Positions 1 to 9,026 of a DNA stretch of 64,000 bases are shown one piece after another. This stretch comes from Candidatus Eiseniibacteriota bacterium (GTDB lineage Bacteria > Eisenbacteria > RBG-16-71-46 > CAIMUX01 > VGJL01). Under the pieces are notes generated by a model, which ran no database searches, was not told the origin of the DNA, and saw only the letters and a program-made list of their open reading frames with translations. The DNA is taken from positions 32,001-96,000 of the forward strand of contig JBHGAY010000002.1 in assembly GCA_041946735.1 (NCBI GenBank), written 5' to 3'. Position 1 is the first letter of the stretch, and the number at the start of each line of letters is the position of its first letter. The translations under genes were made by a program, and so were the position numbers.

Positions 1-1
1 G

Positions 2-190
2 ACGCGCGTTCGCGAAGCGATGGCCGCCGGCGTGCCACAGACGATCGAGGCCTGCGTGCCTCCTTCGACCTATCAATTCCTGCGATCCGCGGAGGGAGAA
101 GCGATCGCCGCCCGGCTCCGTGAGCGGTCGCGTCATGAGAGCACCGAAAGGACCGAGAGGACCGAGAGGTCCGAGAGGACCGAATCATGA
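2..190 (+). CDS. citC: [citrate (pro-3S)-lyase] ligase, C-terminal part (5' truncated by window)
   Basis: Frame 2 reads TRVREAMAAG...CVPPSTYQFLRS, like the CitC C-terminus (SRVR...VPxxTY). Stop TGA overlaps the citD ATG (ATGA). Not in the ORF track. Confidence 0.75.
   Translation, partial: TRVREAMAAGVPQTIEACVPPSTYQFLRSAEGEAIAARLRERSRHESTERTERTERSERTES
143..184 (+). repeat. 9-bp tandem repeat (ACCGAGAGG-like) encoding a TER-repeat tail on CitC
   Basis: accgaaagg accgagagg accgagagg tccgagagg accgaa. Confidence 0.8.
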
Positions 191-450
191 AGATCCGACG
201 AAAGGCGAGCGCCGGGACGATGCAATCGAGCGACCTGACGGTGGTCGTCGAGCCGGCCGAGCGGCTGACGATCGAGATCGAGTCGACGGTGAAGAAGCAG
301 TTCGAGGAGCTGATCCGAGAGAGGATCCAGAGCGTCCTCGACCGGCTCGGCGTCGCATCGGGTTCGATCAAGGTATCGGACCGCGGCGCCCTGGACTATG
401 CGATCGAAGCGCGCGTCGAGGCGGCCCTGCGGCGCGCCGGGGAGGAATAG
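187..450 (+). CDS. citD: citrate lyase acyl carrier protein (gamma subunit)
   Basis: AGTMQSSD motif with the prosthetic-group Ser, S.VKKQF and D.GALD motifs; 87 aa. Confidence 0.95.
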   Translation: MKIRRKASAGTMQSSDLTVVVEPAERLTIEIESTVKKQFEELIRERIQSVLDRLGVASGSIKVSDRGALDYAIEARVEAALRRAGEE

Positions 451-452
451 AG

Positions 453-923
453 ATGGAGCAGTTCTGGTACAGGGAGTGCCGGTCCGGGCGCCGGTTCATC
501 ATCAAGATCCTGCCCGGAGCGGATCTGCTCGAGCAGCTCCTGTGGTTCGCGCGCACGGTCGGTCTGAAGCACGCGGTGATGCTCTCCGCGATCGGCTCGG
601 TCCGGAACGTGCAGTTCAGCGACATCCAGGCGGGCGCCTGCCTCCCGATCACCGCGCCTCGCATGCCGGTCCACGTCGTCGAAGGACCGCTCGACCTCCT
701 CGGAATCGAAGGGAATCTCGCCCCCAACGAGGAGGGGCGCGTCGAGCCGCACCTGCACATCTCCGGCTCGAAATCCTCGGGAGAGGTGATCGGCGGCCAC
801 CTGATGAAGGCGGAGGTCTTCGCGACCTGCGAGATGGTCGTCGCGGAGTACATCGTCGAGGGAGTCGAGCGGCATCGCTCGAGCGAGGGCGGGATCGACA
901 CTCTCTACTTCGAGGAGCGGTAG
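453..923 (+). CDS. PPC/DUF296 domain protein
   Basis: PGADLLEQL, SAIGSV, PHLHISG, IGGHL and TCE motifs; ATG at 453 follows GGAGG. Confidence 0.85.
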   Translation: MEQFWYRECRSGRRFIIKILPGADLLEQLLWFARTVGLKHAVMLSAIGSVRNVQFSDIQAGACLPITAPRMPVHVVEGPLDLLGIEGNLAPNEEGRVEPHLHISGSKSSGEVIGGHLMKAEVFATCEMVVAEYIVEGVERHRSSEGGIDTLYFEER

Positions 924-925
924 CG

Positions 926-1849
926 ATGGACGCGCCTTGGAAGCTCCGCCGCTCCCTCCTCTACGTCCCGGGAAACATGCCCGGGATGCTGCAGAACATT
1001 CCGGTGTTCGACGCGGACGGCGTCATGATCGATCTCGAGGACGCGGTTCCGCTCAACGAGAAGGACGCCGCCCGCATCCTCGCCCGAAGCTTCCTCAAGA
1101 TGTACGTCGACCGCCGCCAGGAAGTGTTCGTCCGGATCAACGGGCTCGACACCAAGTACGGCCTGGACGATCTCCACGAGGTCCTGCCGGCGCTTCCCGA
1201 TGGGATTCGCCTCCCGAAGGCCGACCGTCCCGAGGTGGTCGAGCGCCTCGACACCATCCTGACCGAGTCCGAGGAGCGGCTGCGCCTGCCGATCGGTCAC
1301 TTCAAAATCATTCCTTCGATCGAGAGCGCGATCGGGATCTTGAACTGCGTGCGGACCGCGGAGTCGTCGAAGCGGATCGTCGCCCTCGCCTTCGGCGCGG
1401 AGGACTACACAGCCTCGATGGAGATCCACCGCACGAAGACCGGCGAGGAGCTGTTCAACGCGCGCACGCGGATCGTCTGGGCGGCGAAGGCGGCAGGCAT
1501 TCAAGCGATCGATTCGATCTTCTCGGACGTGAACGACATGGACGGGCTCCGCGCGGAGACGGAGCTGATCAAGCGTCTCGGCTTCACGGGCAAGTCGCTC
1601 GTCAATCCGCGCCAGATCGAGGTGATCCACGAGGTGTTCCGCCCGAAGCCGGAGGAGATCGAGGACGCGCTCGAGGTGATCGAGGCGATCAAGAGAGCGC
1701 GCGAGATGGGAACCGGAGTGATCTCGGTCCGAGGAAAGATGGTCGACGCGCCGGTCGTGAAGCGCGCGGCGCGAATCCTCAGGACCGCCATCGCTTTCGG
1801 AATGATCGAGTACGAGCTGACTGACGAGGTGATCCTTGGCCAAGAATAG
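926..1849 (+). CDS. citE: citrate lyase beta subunit (citryl-ACP lyase)
   Basis: RRSLLYVPG, DLEDAV, VRIN, RLPK, GAEDY, GK.LVNPRQ and GKMVDAPV motifs; operon context. Confidence 0.95.
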   Translation: MDAPWKLRRSLLYVPGNMPGMLQNIPVFDADGVMIDLEDAVPLNEKDAARILARSFLKMYVDRRQEVFVRINGLDTKYGLDDLHEVLPALPDGIRLPKADRPEVVERLDTILTESEERLRLPIGHFKIIPSIESAIGILNCVRTAESSKRIVALAFGAEDYTASMEIHRTKTGEELFNARTRIVWAAKAAGIQAIDSIFSDVNDMDGLRAETELIKRLGFTGKSLVNPRQIEVIHEVFRPKPEEIEDALEVIEAIKRAREMGTGVISVRGKMVDAPVVKRAARILRTAIAFGMIEYELTDEVILGQE

Positions 1850-3374
1850 CCTCGGGCGAGACATTCCCGACACCTGGCACGGCAAGAAGCTGATCCCCTA
1901 CACCGATCCCTGGTCGCTGATGCCCGACGTAGACCGCGGCACGCGCCCGCTCGTCCGGAGGAACCCGGGCGAGAGCAAGGTGCTTCCCGATCTGCGCGCG
2001 GCGATCGAGAAGTGCGGCCTGCAGGACGGAATGACGATCGCGACCCACCATCACCTGCGCAACGGCGACCTGTTGCTGAACCTCCTCGTGCAGGAGATCG
2101 AGGCGATGGGGATCCGGGACATCACGATCGCTTCGAGCTCCGTGCACCAGGTGCACGCGGAGATCATCCCGCAGATCCGCAAGGGGGTGGTGACGAAGTT
2201 CGAGACGGGGGTCAACGGGCTGATCGGAGAAATGGTCAGCAAGGGGGAGCTGGACTGCCCGATCGTCGTGCGAAGCCACGGGGGCCGCGCGCGGTCGCTC
2301 GTGACGAGCGAAGTGCCGGTCGACGTGGCATTCATCGCGGCCCCGTGCTGCGACGAGACCGGGAACCTGAACGGGGTGAGCGGTCCTTCCGCCTGCGGGA
2401 GCCTCGGCTACGCCTTCACCGACGCCCGCTACGCGAAGAAGGTGGTCGCGGTCACCGACAACCTCGTCCCCTATCCCGCCGCGCCCGTCAGCATCTCGCA
2501 GAGCGACGTGGACTACGTGGTCGCGATCGAGTCGCTCGGGGATCCGAAGAAGATCGTCTCGACGACGACGCGCGTCACGCGCGACCCGGCCGGGCTGCTG
2601 ATCGCGCGCTACGCCGCGGAGGTGATCGAGGCGTCCGGCTTGCTGAAGGACGGCTTCTCGTTCCAGACCGGCGCCGGAGGCACCTCGCTCGCCGTCGCCG
2701 AAGCGGTGAAGCGGAAGATGCTCGCCAACAAGATCCGCGGAAGCTTCGGTTGCGGCGGGATCACCGGCTACTTCGTCGACATGCTCGAGGAGGGGTACTT
2801 CCAGACGCTGTTCGACGTGCAGTGCTTCGACCTCCGGGCGGTCGAGTCGATCGGCCGCAATCTCCGGCACCGCGAGATCTCCGCCGATCTCTACGCGAAT
2901 CCCTTCAATCGCGGGTCGGTGGTCAACATGCTCGACGTCGTGATCCTCGGGGCAACCGAGGTCGACGTGAACTTCAACGTCAACGTGAACACCGAGTCGA
3001 ACGGCTACCTGCTGCACAATACCGGCGGGCACAGCGACACGGCGGCGGGCGCGAAGCTCGCGATCGTCGTGGCTCCTTCGATCCGCGGCCGGCTGCCGAT
3101 CATCCGTGACGAGCTGACGACGATCACGTCCCCCGGCGAGACGATCGACGTCGTGGTGACGGAGCGAGGGATCGCCGTCGCGGACCGCCACCAGGAGCTG
3201 AAGCAGGAGCTTCAGAAGCGCCGCCTGCCGGTGAAGGAGATCCGGGCTCTCCACAAGGAGATCTGCGACCTGACCGGCCGGCCCCGTCCCGTCGAGTTCA
3301 CCGACGAGGTGGTGGCGCTGATCGAGTACCGGGACGGATCGATCATCGACGCCGTGCGGCGGGTCAAGGAATGA
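1836..3374 (+). CDS. citF: citrate lyase alpha subunit (citrate:acetyl-ACP transferase)
   Basis: NSLGRDIP, HHHLRNGD, RSHGGRAR, CGSLGYA, FQTGAGG, GGHSDTAAGAK and EYRDGSIID motifs. Confidence 0.96.
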   Translation: MAKNSLGRDIPDTWHGKKLIPYTDPWSLMPDVDRGTRPLVRRNPGESKVLPDLRAAIEKCGLQDGMTIATHHHLRNGDLLLNLLVQEIEAMGIRDITIASSSVHQVHAEIIPQIRKGVVTKFETGVNGLIGEMVSKGELDCPIVVRSHGGRARSLVTSEVPVDVAFIAAPCCDETGNLNGVSGPSACGSLGYAFTDARYAKKVVAVTDNLVPYPAAPVSISQSDVDYVVAIESLGDPKKIVSTTTRVTRDPAGLLIARYAAEVIEASGLLKDGFSFQTGAGGTSLAVAEAVKRKMLANKIRGSFGCGGITGYFVDMLEEGYFQTLFDVQCFDLRAVESIGRNLRHREISADLYANPFNRGSVVNMLDVVILGATEVDVNFNVNVNTESNGYLLHNTGGHSDTAAGAKLAIVVAPSIRGRLPIIRDELTTITSPGETIDVVVTERGIAVADRHQELKQELQKRRLPVKEIRALHKEICDLTGRPRPVEFTDEVVALIEYRDGSIIDAVRRVKE

Positions 3375-3417
3375 CGGCAGCCGTGTCGCGCAGCGGGTGC
3401 TCGAGAAGGATCGAGGA

Positions 3418-3927
3418 ATGACCGTCTCGCGAAGCGATCTCCTCGCGGCGCGTGAGGAGCAGGAGTCGCGCATCCGGCTCCTGGTGGCACGGTCCTGCGA
3501 CGGCTCGACGTCGCTGGTCTACATCACGACGAACGTCCCGGGACCGGAGAAGGACCGCCAGGAGCTGGGCGGACTGATGGCGCAGGCAGTGCAACGGCTC
3601 CTCGAGCGGTTCGACGGTGGGAGAGCGGTCGACACGGGCCGGGGACCGCTCGGCCCCTACGCGGCTGTCGCGTGTCCGGGCGATCCGTCGCTCGTGAAGC
3701 GGGCGGCCGTCGAGATCGAAGGAACGCTCCCGGGCGGGAGGCTCCTCGACCTCGACGTCTATGATCGCAAGGGGCGCGCGCTCGATCGTACCGCGCTCGC
3801 GCTGCCGCAGCGCTCGTGCCTCGTGTGCCGCGAACCGGCACGCGAGTGCATCCGGGCCGGCAGGCATTCTCCCGAGCAGCTCGAGGAAGCGGTCCGTGAA
3901 CTCCTCGCTCGTTTCCGATCCCTCTAG
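3418..3927 (+). CDS. citX: citrate lyase holo-ACP synthase
   Basis: LLAAREE, NVPGPEK, GRLLDLDVY and RSCLVC...CIRAGRHS motifs. Confidence 0.9.
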   Translation: MTVSRSDLLAAREEQESRIRLLVARSCDGSTSLVYITTNVPGPEKDRQELGGLMAQAVQRLLERFDGGRAVDTGRGPLGPYAAVACPGDPSLVKRAAVEIEGTLPGGRLLDLDVYDRKGRALDRTALALPQRSCLVCREPARECIRAGRHSPEQLEEAVRELLARFRSL

Positions 3928-4696
3928 GTCGGCTCGCAGGTTGGCTCGCGCCCTCGTGGAAGGGGCGCGCCGCGAGTTGGACCTGACCCCCAAGCCCGGT
4001 CTCGTCGATCGCTGGGACAACGGTTCCCATCCGGACCTGAGCTACGAGCAGATGCAGCGCTCCATCGATCTGCTGCCCGTCTACTTCGAAGAGTTGCTCG
4101 CGATCGGCGGAGCGAGCGACCTTGCGGCGGCGATCCGAGCGGGGCAGGCCGCGGAGGCTCGGATGCTCCGGGCGACCGGCGGAACGAACACGCACAAGGG
4201 GTACATCTTCCTGAGCGGACTGACGCTGCTCGCGGGGTCGCGGGACTTCCACATCTCTTCTCTCCCTGTCTCCGCGATCCTCCGGCCCGCGATCGCTCGC
4301 ATCGCGCATGCGTTCTTCGAGACGGCCGACCCGCGCCGCGGAGAAGAGGGCGGGATTCGATCGGAAGCGCTCGCGGGTCTCCCCTGCGTCTTCGAGATCG
4401 GTTTGCCCGCGTATGAGGAGAGGCTGCGCCGCAACGCAGACGAGACGGTCGCGGCGTTCGAGCTCATGGGGCGCCTCATGATCCACCTGGATGACACGAC
4501 GGCAAGGCGTCGCTGCGGCCCCGAGGGGAACGCGATCCTGCGCGCGGACGGCGCGCGCCTGCTCGAGATCGTGGACGCGGGCGTCGATCCGCGCCCCTTC
4601 CTGGTCGAGCGCAACGAGGAGTACCGGAGGATGCGCCTGACGATGGGCGGCGTCGCCGACTGCATGGCGATCTGCTTCGCTCTCCATCGCATGTAG
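3896..4696 (+). CDS. citG: triphosphoribosyl-dephospho-CoA synthase
   Basis: ELDLTPKPGLVD..NGSHPD, GTNTHKG, GGIRSEA, DDTT..RR and GGVAD motifs; GTG start inferred. Confidence 0.9.
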   Translation: MNSSLVSDPSRSARRLARALVEGARRELDLTPKPGLVDRWDNGSHPDLSYEQMQRSIDLLPVYFEELLAIGGASDLAAAIRAGQAAEARMLRATGGTNTHKGYIFLSGLTLLAGSRDFHISSLPVSAILRPAIARIAHAFFETADPRRGEEGGIRSEALAGLPCVFEIGLPAYEERLRRNADETVAAFELMGRLMIHLDDTTARRRCGPEGNAILRADGARLLEIVDAGVDPRPFLVERNEEYRRMRLTMGGVADCMAICFALHRM

Positions 4697-4741
4697 ACAT
4701 ACAGCGAGCAGCGCCCGCCGCGCGGGCCCGCCGGCGACGGC

Positions 4742-4760
4742 GAGGCGGCGGGAATCGAAC
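4742..4760. repeat. distal att-like copy of the ssrA 3' end
   Basis: Identical to 9842-9860. Confidence 0.9.
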
Positions 4761-5083
4761 TCGAATTCGGGCGAAAACCTAACTTGGTGACGCTGCGCGA
4801 CTTCGGACGCAACGGATTCGAGGATGAAGAGTTACCGCCGCCTTCGCACTTCCCCTTGGTCCCCTCGGGTCCCCCGCAATCCCCCCTGGTCGTGGAGGTA
4901 TTCTGGAGGCGTCGGGGCAGGTTCCCGCTGCCTCGGCGGGCAGAAGCCCCTCACGGCCTGCAGCACTTCTTCTTGTGGTGAGCAAGCGCCGATCTCTGCT
5001 GGTCCGTGCCTCAGTGGCCAGACATGAATCCAGGCAACGGCCTCCCCTATCCCGACCTGGTCTCCAATCTGTCCAGAAGGAAT

Positions 5084-6061
5084 CTAGGAGGTTGGTGGAC
5101 CTCCCCACTCGACACCTCGCTCGGTAGCGAGTGGCTGCTCCCGGAGGGGTCGGTCGATCGCGATGGCGTCGATCGCTTCCGTGAAGGCGTCCTGCGCGGC
5201 CAGCACGAGCGAAGAGACGTAATCCAGGGCATGCCGCGCGTCGGGTATGTGCTCTTGCTCCGTCTTCCCCGTGTTGATGTTGACGTGCCATGACCCGTCC
5301 GCGGTCGTGACGATCCCTAGACGAGCGTAGAGGCGCTGGAACCGGCCCGTCTCTGCCATCGAGATTCCCAAGGAGGCAAGTGCCACCTCGGCCCGGAGCT
5401 TCTCAATGGCTTGGCCAAGAGTCAGGGCAACCTTGCCCTCCTTCGCTTGCCACCCCGTGATTTGACGCATCGACCAGTTGTCCTCGTTCGTGCTCTGCCG
5501 GAGTGCATAGGCGACGGACTCGAACGCGATCTTCATCGCCACTAGGGTGACGAACGCGTGCCCCTGATCAAGGACGTACGCGGCATCGGCGATGAGCTGC
5601 CGCAGGTGCGGGTTTCTGATCGCATCGGAGAGCGCGTATGTGGCAAACACAAAGCCGTACACCTTGTCGAAGGTGGTTGCCATGAAGGTTTCGACCGGAG
5701 AGACAAAACGCAGCGCTTCCGTCGGGTCCGGGACGTGAGCGTGATGCTGAACGAGGTTCCGGACCCGGTGGAGCCGATCGAGTTCTTGGTAGTGCGGGAG
5801 GCCAGCCAGGCCGACCTGCTTTGCGAGCTTGGAGGCCTCCGTCCAGAGGGAGGACCGCTTTCGGTCGTCTGGCAGTGCCACTTGGGACTCGTGCGGAATG
5901 TCGATCACGTACAGATTGAGGGCCTGCTCGACGGCCAAATCGAGAAACAGGACGCCTCGCATTGCCGCCGATGGCTCTCCGACGCCTGCGGCCTTCTTCC
6001 CCTCAGTGAAGAAGCCATGGGTCAGAAGGAGCAGTCGCGGATTCGTTGGGGCATGCGGCAC
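5084..6061 (-). CDS. HEPN-motif protein (putative RNase effector)
   Basis: Helical N-terminal domain with LDLAVE and RNLVQH (R-x4-H, 5744-5761); GTG start at 6061 follows GGGAGG. Confidence 0.65.
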   Translation of the reverse strand: MPHAPTNPRLLLLTHGFFTEGKKAAGVGEPSAAMRGVLFLDLAVEQALNLYVIDIPHESQVALPDDRKRSSLWTEASKLAKQVGLAGLPHYQELDRLHRVRNLVQHHAHVPDPTEALRFVSPVETFMATTFDKVYGFVFATYALSDAIRNPHLRQLIADAAYVLDQGHAFVTLVAMKIAFESVAYALRQSTNEDNWSMRQITGWQAKEGKVALTLGQAIEKLRAEVALASLGISMAETGRFQRLYARLGIVTTADGSWHVNINTGKTEQEHIPDARHALDYVSSLVLAAQDAFTEAIDAIAIDRPLREQPLATERGVEWGGPPTS

Positions 6062-6265
6062 CGTGTCATCCTCCCGGGACGGAGGATAACGCGATGCCAC
6101 GTGAACCTCCACCGGAGGCTCGACCGCATGGTCGCCCTTCAAAGCCCTCACTCACACCCAGAATTCGCGCAGGCGCGCGGGAGCGGGGTCACTCGGGCCT
6201 CGGTCTCGCCAGCGCCTTCCCAAGCCCTCTGGCCCTCCAATCACGCCACCCGCTGGCCTCATTTT

Positions 6266-6295
6266 TTGTTCCGCTGGCACAAGCAGTGCTAACAT
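6266..6295 (+). promoter_or_regulatory. candidate promoter of the ImmA-PIN-beta operon (overlapping sigma70-like and sigma54-like motifs)
   Basis: TTGTTC-N18-TAACAT with extended TGn; TGGCAC-AAGCA-GTGCT fits GG-N10-GC. Confidence 0.4.
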
Positions 6296-6398
6296 AGCTC
6301 GGCAGTGGACGAGTCTCGCGTTTGCAGACTCGTCCCGGAGCGCAAGTAGCTAGTGACAGTCGAGGAGGTGTCCCACGAGCCAGACGTTTGCGACTCTG

Positions 6399-7373
6399 AT
6401 GCGACGCCTATCTCATGCGGGCTTCAAGAGGGAGTTCGCGGCCACGGCCATCCTTCCGGACTGGTGGGAGGAGGCGTGCGCTCAAGACCCCGATCTTCTG
6501 CCGGATTTGGAGACACGGGTTGCCCGTTTCCTCGGGATACCGGTCTCCACGGTCCGCGACCCAGACGCACAGCTAGTGGCACCTTCCTATCCGCGGGCGC
6601 AACTTCGCCGGGTCCGGGACATCAATCGGGACCGGCTTGCACCCGCCATCCATTCGGCGACGAGGATCGCTGAAGCCGTCGTCCGCTCGCTCCGTCCTGG
6701 TGTGCCCGCTCCTGAGGATCCCGCGCCCGACGCCCTCGTATGGCGGCAGAGGATCGTCCCCCGCGGGCCAGTGACTCTCGACCACATCCTCGGCGATCTT
6801 TGGGGACACGGCATCCCCGTTGTCGCGATCGAAAGGCTTCCGTCGCCCGCGTTTCAGGGAGCCGCATTCGTCGTTCACGGACGACCCGTAATTGTCGTCG
6901 TGCACAAGCATGACGAGCCCGGGCGCGTCGCCCATCTCGTCACCCATGAAGGCGGCCACATTGCGCAGGGTGATTGCCAGGAGGGCCAGCCGGTTGTCGA
7001 CGAGGAAGACGAGGTGCCCGACAATGATGAGATCGAGGCGAAGGCGGATCGCTATGCCCGGCGCGTTCTCGTGGGAGCCGATACCGTTCCCTCGGTCCAA
7101 GGCGGAGATTTCAAACAGCTCGCGACCGAAGCGCTCGCGATTGAGCGGTCGACGGGCGCGGATGCCAGCGCCGTCATCTTCGCCTGGGCGGCACAAACCG
7201 GCGACTATGCAGCCGCGTCGATGGCCGTGAGGGCACTCTATCGCGGATCTGGAGCACGGCGTCGGCTCCAGGAGCATCTCGAAAAGAACGTCGACGCCGA
7301 ACGCGCATCGGAGAGCGATCGCGCTCTGCTCCGCTGCGTGCTCGGTCACATGGCCGATGCTGCTGCTGGTTGA
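6399..7373 (+). CDS. ImmA/IrrE (peptidase M78) family metallopeptidase without N-terminal HTH
   Basis: GIPVV, G..F...GRPVIVV, HEGGH (6945-6959) and downstream E..AD.YA. Confidence 0.85.
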   Translation: MRRLSHAGFKREFAATAILPDWWEEACAQDPDLLPDLETRVARFLGIPVSTVRDPDAQLVAPSYPRAQLRRVRDINRDRLAPAIHSATRIAEAVVRSLRPGVPAPEDPAPDALVWRQRIVPRGPVTLDHILGDLWGHGIPVVAIERLPSPAFQGAAFVVHGRPVIVVVHKHDEPGRVAHLVTHEGGHIAQGDCQEGQPVVDEEDEVPDNDEIEAKADRYARRVLVGADTVPSVQGGDFKQLATEALAIERSTGADASAVIFAWAAQTGDYAAASMAVRALYRGSGARRRLQEHLEKNVDAERASESDRALLRCVLGHMADAAAG

Positions 7374-7968
7374 CACCGACGCCTTCTGCAAACTGGGGAT
7401 CGCCGGTCTGCTCGGTGATGTGCCGGGGCTCTTCGACTTAGGTTTCACAGACTGCCGGCGGCTCCCGGCCCTGCTGTACATGCTTCGCCGGGGACGCCTG
7501 CCGAAGCTCTACGGCGCCGAGGCGTGTGAGGCGCTTCTCTCCGCCGTCGAGAGAGTCGCCGGCCTTTCGCCGCCGAGTGACGCCTGGCTCGACCGCTTGG
7601 CCCATATCCCCGCGATCGATCCCGGCGAGGCTCTCCTCTTCGCCTCCGCGGCCGAATCGGGCCATCTTGTCCTGTCAGGTGACAAGCGGGCACTGGAAGC
7701 GGTCAAGGACGTGCCGGGTTTCGCGGAGGCGCTCTCCGGCCGCATCGTGGTCCTCGAAGCAGCGCTTTTGGGACTCTGCGAGCGCCACGGCGCAGAGGTC
7801 ATCCGCGGCCGGGTTGCGCCGCTCCTCGCATCGGACATGATGGTCGAGGTGTGCTTTTCCCCGGGAAATCCGGACCCGCCAGGGGCCCTCCTGTCCTACT
7901 TCACGGCACTCGCAAGGGAAGTCGCGCCCTTGGCGTTGTGGGATCCTCGCCCGGGAGGTAGAGCATGA
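7357..7968 (+). CDS. PIN-like domain protein
   Basis: LLVDTD at the N-terminus, IDPGEA and LSGDKRA give the PIN acidic pattern; overlaps both neighbours. Confidence 0.7.
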   Translation: MLLLVDTDAFCKLGIAGLLGDVPGLFDLGFTDCRRLPALLYMLRRGRLPKLYGAEACEALLSAVERVAGLSPPSDAWLDRLAHIPAIDPGEALLFASAAESGHLVLSGDKRALEAVKDVPGFAEALSGRIVVLEAALLGLCERHGAEVIRGRVAPLLASDMMVEVCFSPGNPDPPGALLSYFTALAREVAPLALWDPRPGGRA

Positions 7969-9026
7969 GCTTCGGACCCGACCACTACGTCCCCGTCCTC
8001 AAGATCAAGCGCGGCGAGAAGGCGGCACTTCGGCTCCTGGCGCCGTCGTTTTGGCCGCGGATCACGCCGCTCCTCGAGATCGTGGAGCGTCGGTCGGAGA
8101 GGTCGCCAGATGAGCATCTGGAGACCGCTTTCAAGGGCCTTGCCGAGAGTGTGGGCGCATATCCCTACTTCTTCCTCGATTTGCGTGAGCTTGCCCCGGA
8201 CGGCGCCGCGGTCGCGGCCAAGGTCTTCGGGCGGGCGGCAGATGCCGGCATGGCATTCATCCCGGTCACCGGCATCTCGCGCGGCGCGGACCTGGACGCC
8301 GCGAAGGCCCACCGCTCAGGTGGCCTTGCGCTCCGGCTCACGCGCGAGGAATTCGAACGCGGAGATCTCGCGACAAAGCTCAACCGCTTCATGACGACGC
8401 ACGGTCTTGCGCACGAGGAGACGGACCTCATCGTCGATCTCGGCCCGGTCGATGACATGATCGCCCCGGGCGTCATGGCCTTCGCGGAAGCCTTCCTCGC
8501 CGACGTGCCGGAGCATCTCCGGTGGAGGAGCTTCACGATCTCCTCCTGCGCGTTTCCTCGGGGAATGGGCGGCCTCGAGCGCCACTCGTACGACTTCGTT
8601 GACAGGATCGATTGGATTGCGTGGCGCGACTGTCTTCTTGCGAGGAGGGAGGACATCCCACGGCTCCCGACATTTAGCGACGGCGCCATCCAGCACCCGG
8701 CGGGTGTGGAGGGTTTCAATCCCGCAATTATGCAGGCGTCTGCTTCCGTGCGGTACACGCTCGCTGAGAAGTGGCTCAGGATCAAGGGGCAGGGGCTCCG
8801 CACGAAGTCCGGCAGCTTGCAGTTTCCAAGTCTCGCGACCCGTCTCGTGTACGGCGACCTTCGCGGGCACTACGCAGGCCAAGACCATTGCGAGGGCTGC
8901 CGGCTCATTAAGCTCGCGGCGGACGGCGCGCCAAAGCTCGGCTCCCTTGAAGCCTGGCGACGGTTAGGAACCGTGCATCACATCGCGGTTGTCATACAGG
9001 GGCTTGGGCTGCCGCCCGGGCCTTGA
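7965..9026 (+). CDS. beta family protein (satellite phage P4 beta-like)
   Basis: YVPVLK.KRGE..AL, ITPLLEI, LIVDLG, P.FSD.AI.HP, SVRYT and W...G..HHI motifs; ATGA-coupled to the PIN gene. Confidence 0.8.
   Translation: MSFGPDHYVPVLKIKRGEKAALRLLAPSFWPRITPLLEIVERRSERSPDEHLETAFKGLAESVGAYPYFFLDLRELAPDGAAVAAKVFGRAADAGMAFIPVTGISRGADLDAAKAHRSGGLALRLTREEFERGDLATKLNRFMTTHGLAHEETDLIVDLGPVDDMIAPGVMAFAEAFLADVPEHLRWRSFTISSCAFPRGMGGLERHSYDFVDRIDWIAWRDCLLARREDIPRLPTFSDGAIQHPAGVEGFNPAIMQASASVRYTLAEKWLRIKGQGLRTKSGSLQFPSLATRLVYGDLRGHYAGQDHCEGCRLIKLAADGAPKLGSLEAWRRLGTVHHIAVVIQGLGLPPGP

Noticed and set aside
4784..4981. 65-aa ORF (MVTLRDFG...) inside the left islet end
   Set aside because: It overlaps the att-proximal region with the putative arm sites and has no SD or recognisable domain, so it is probably non-coding.
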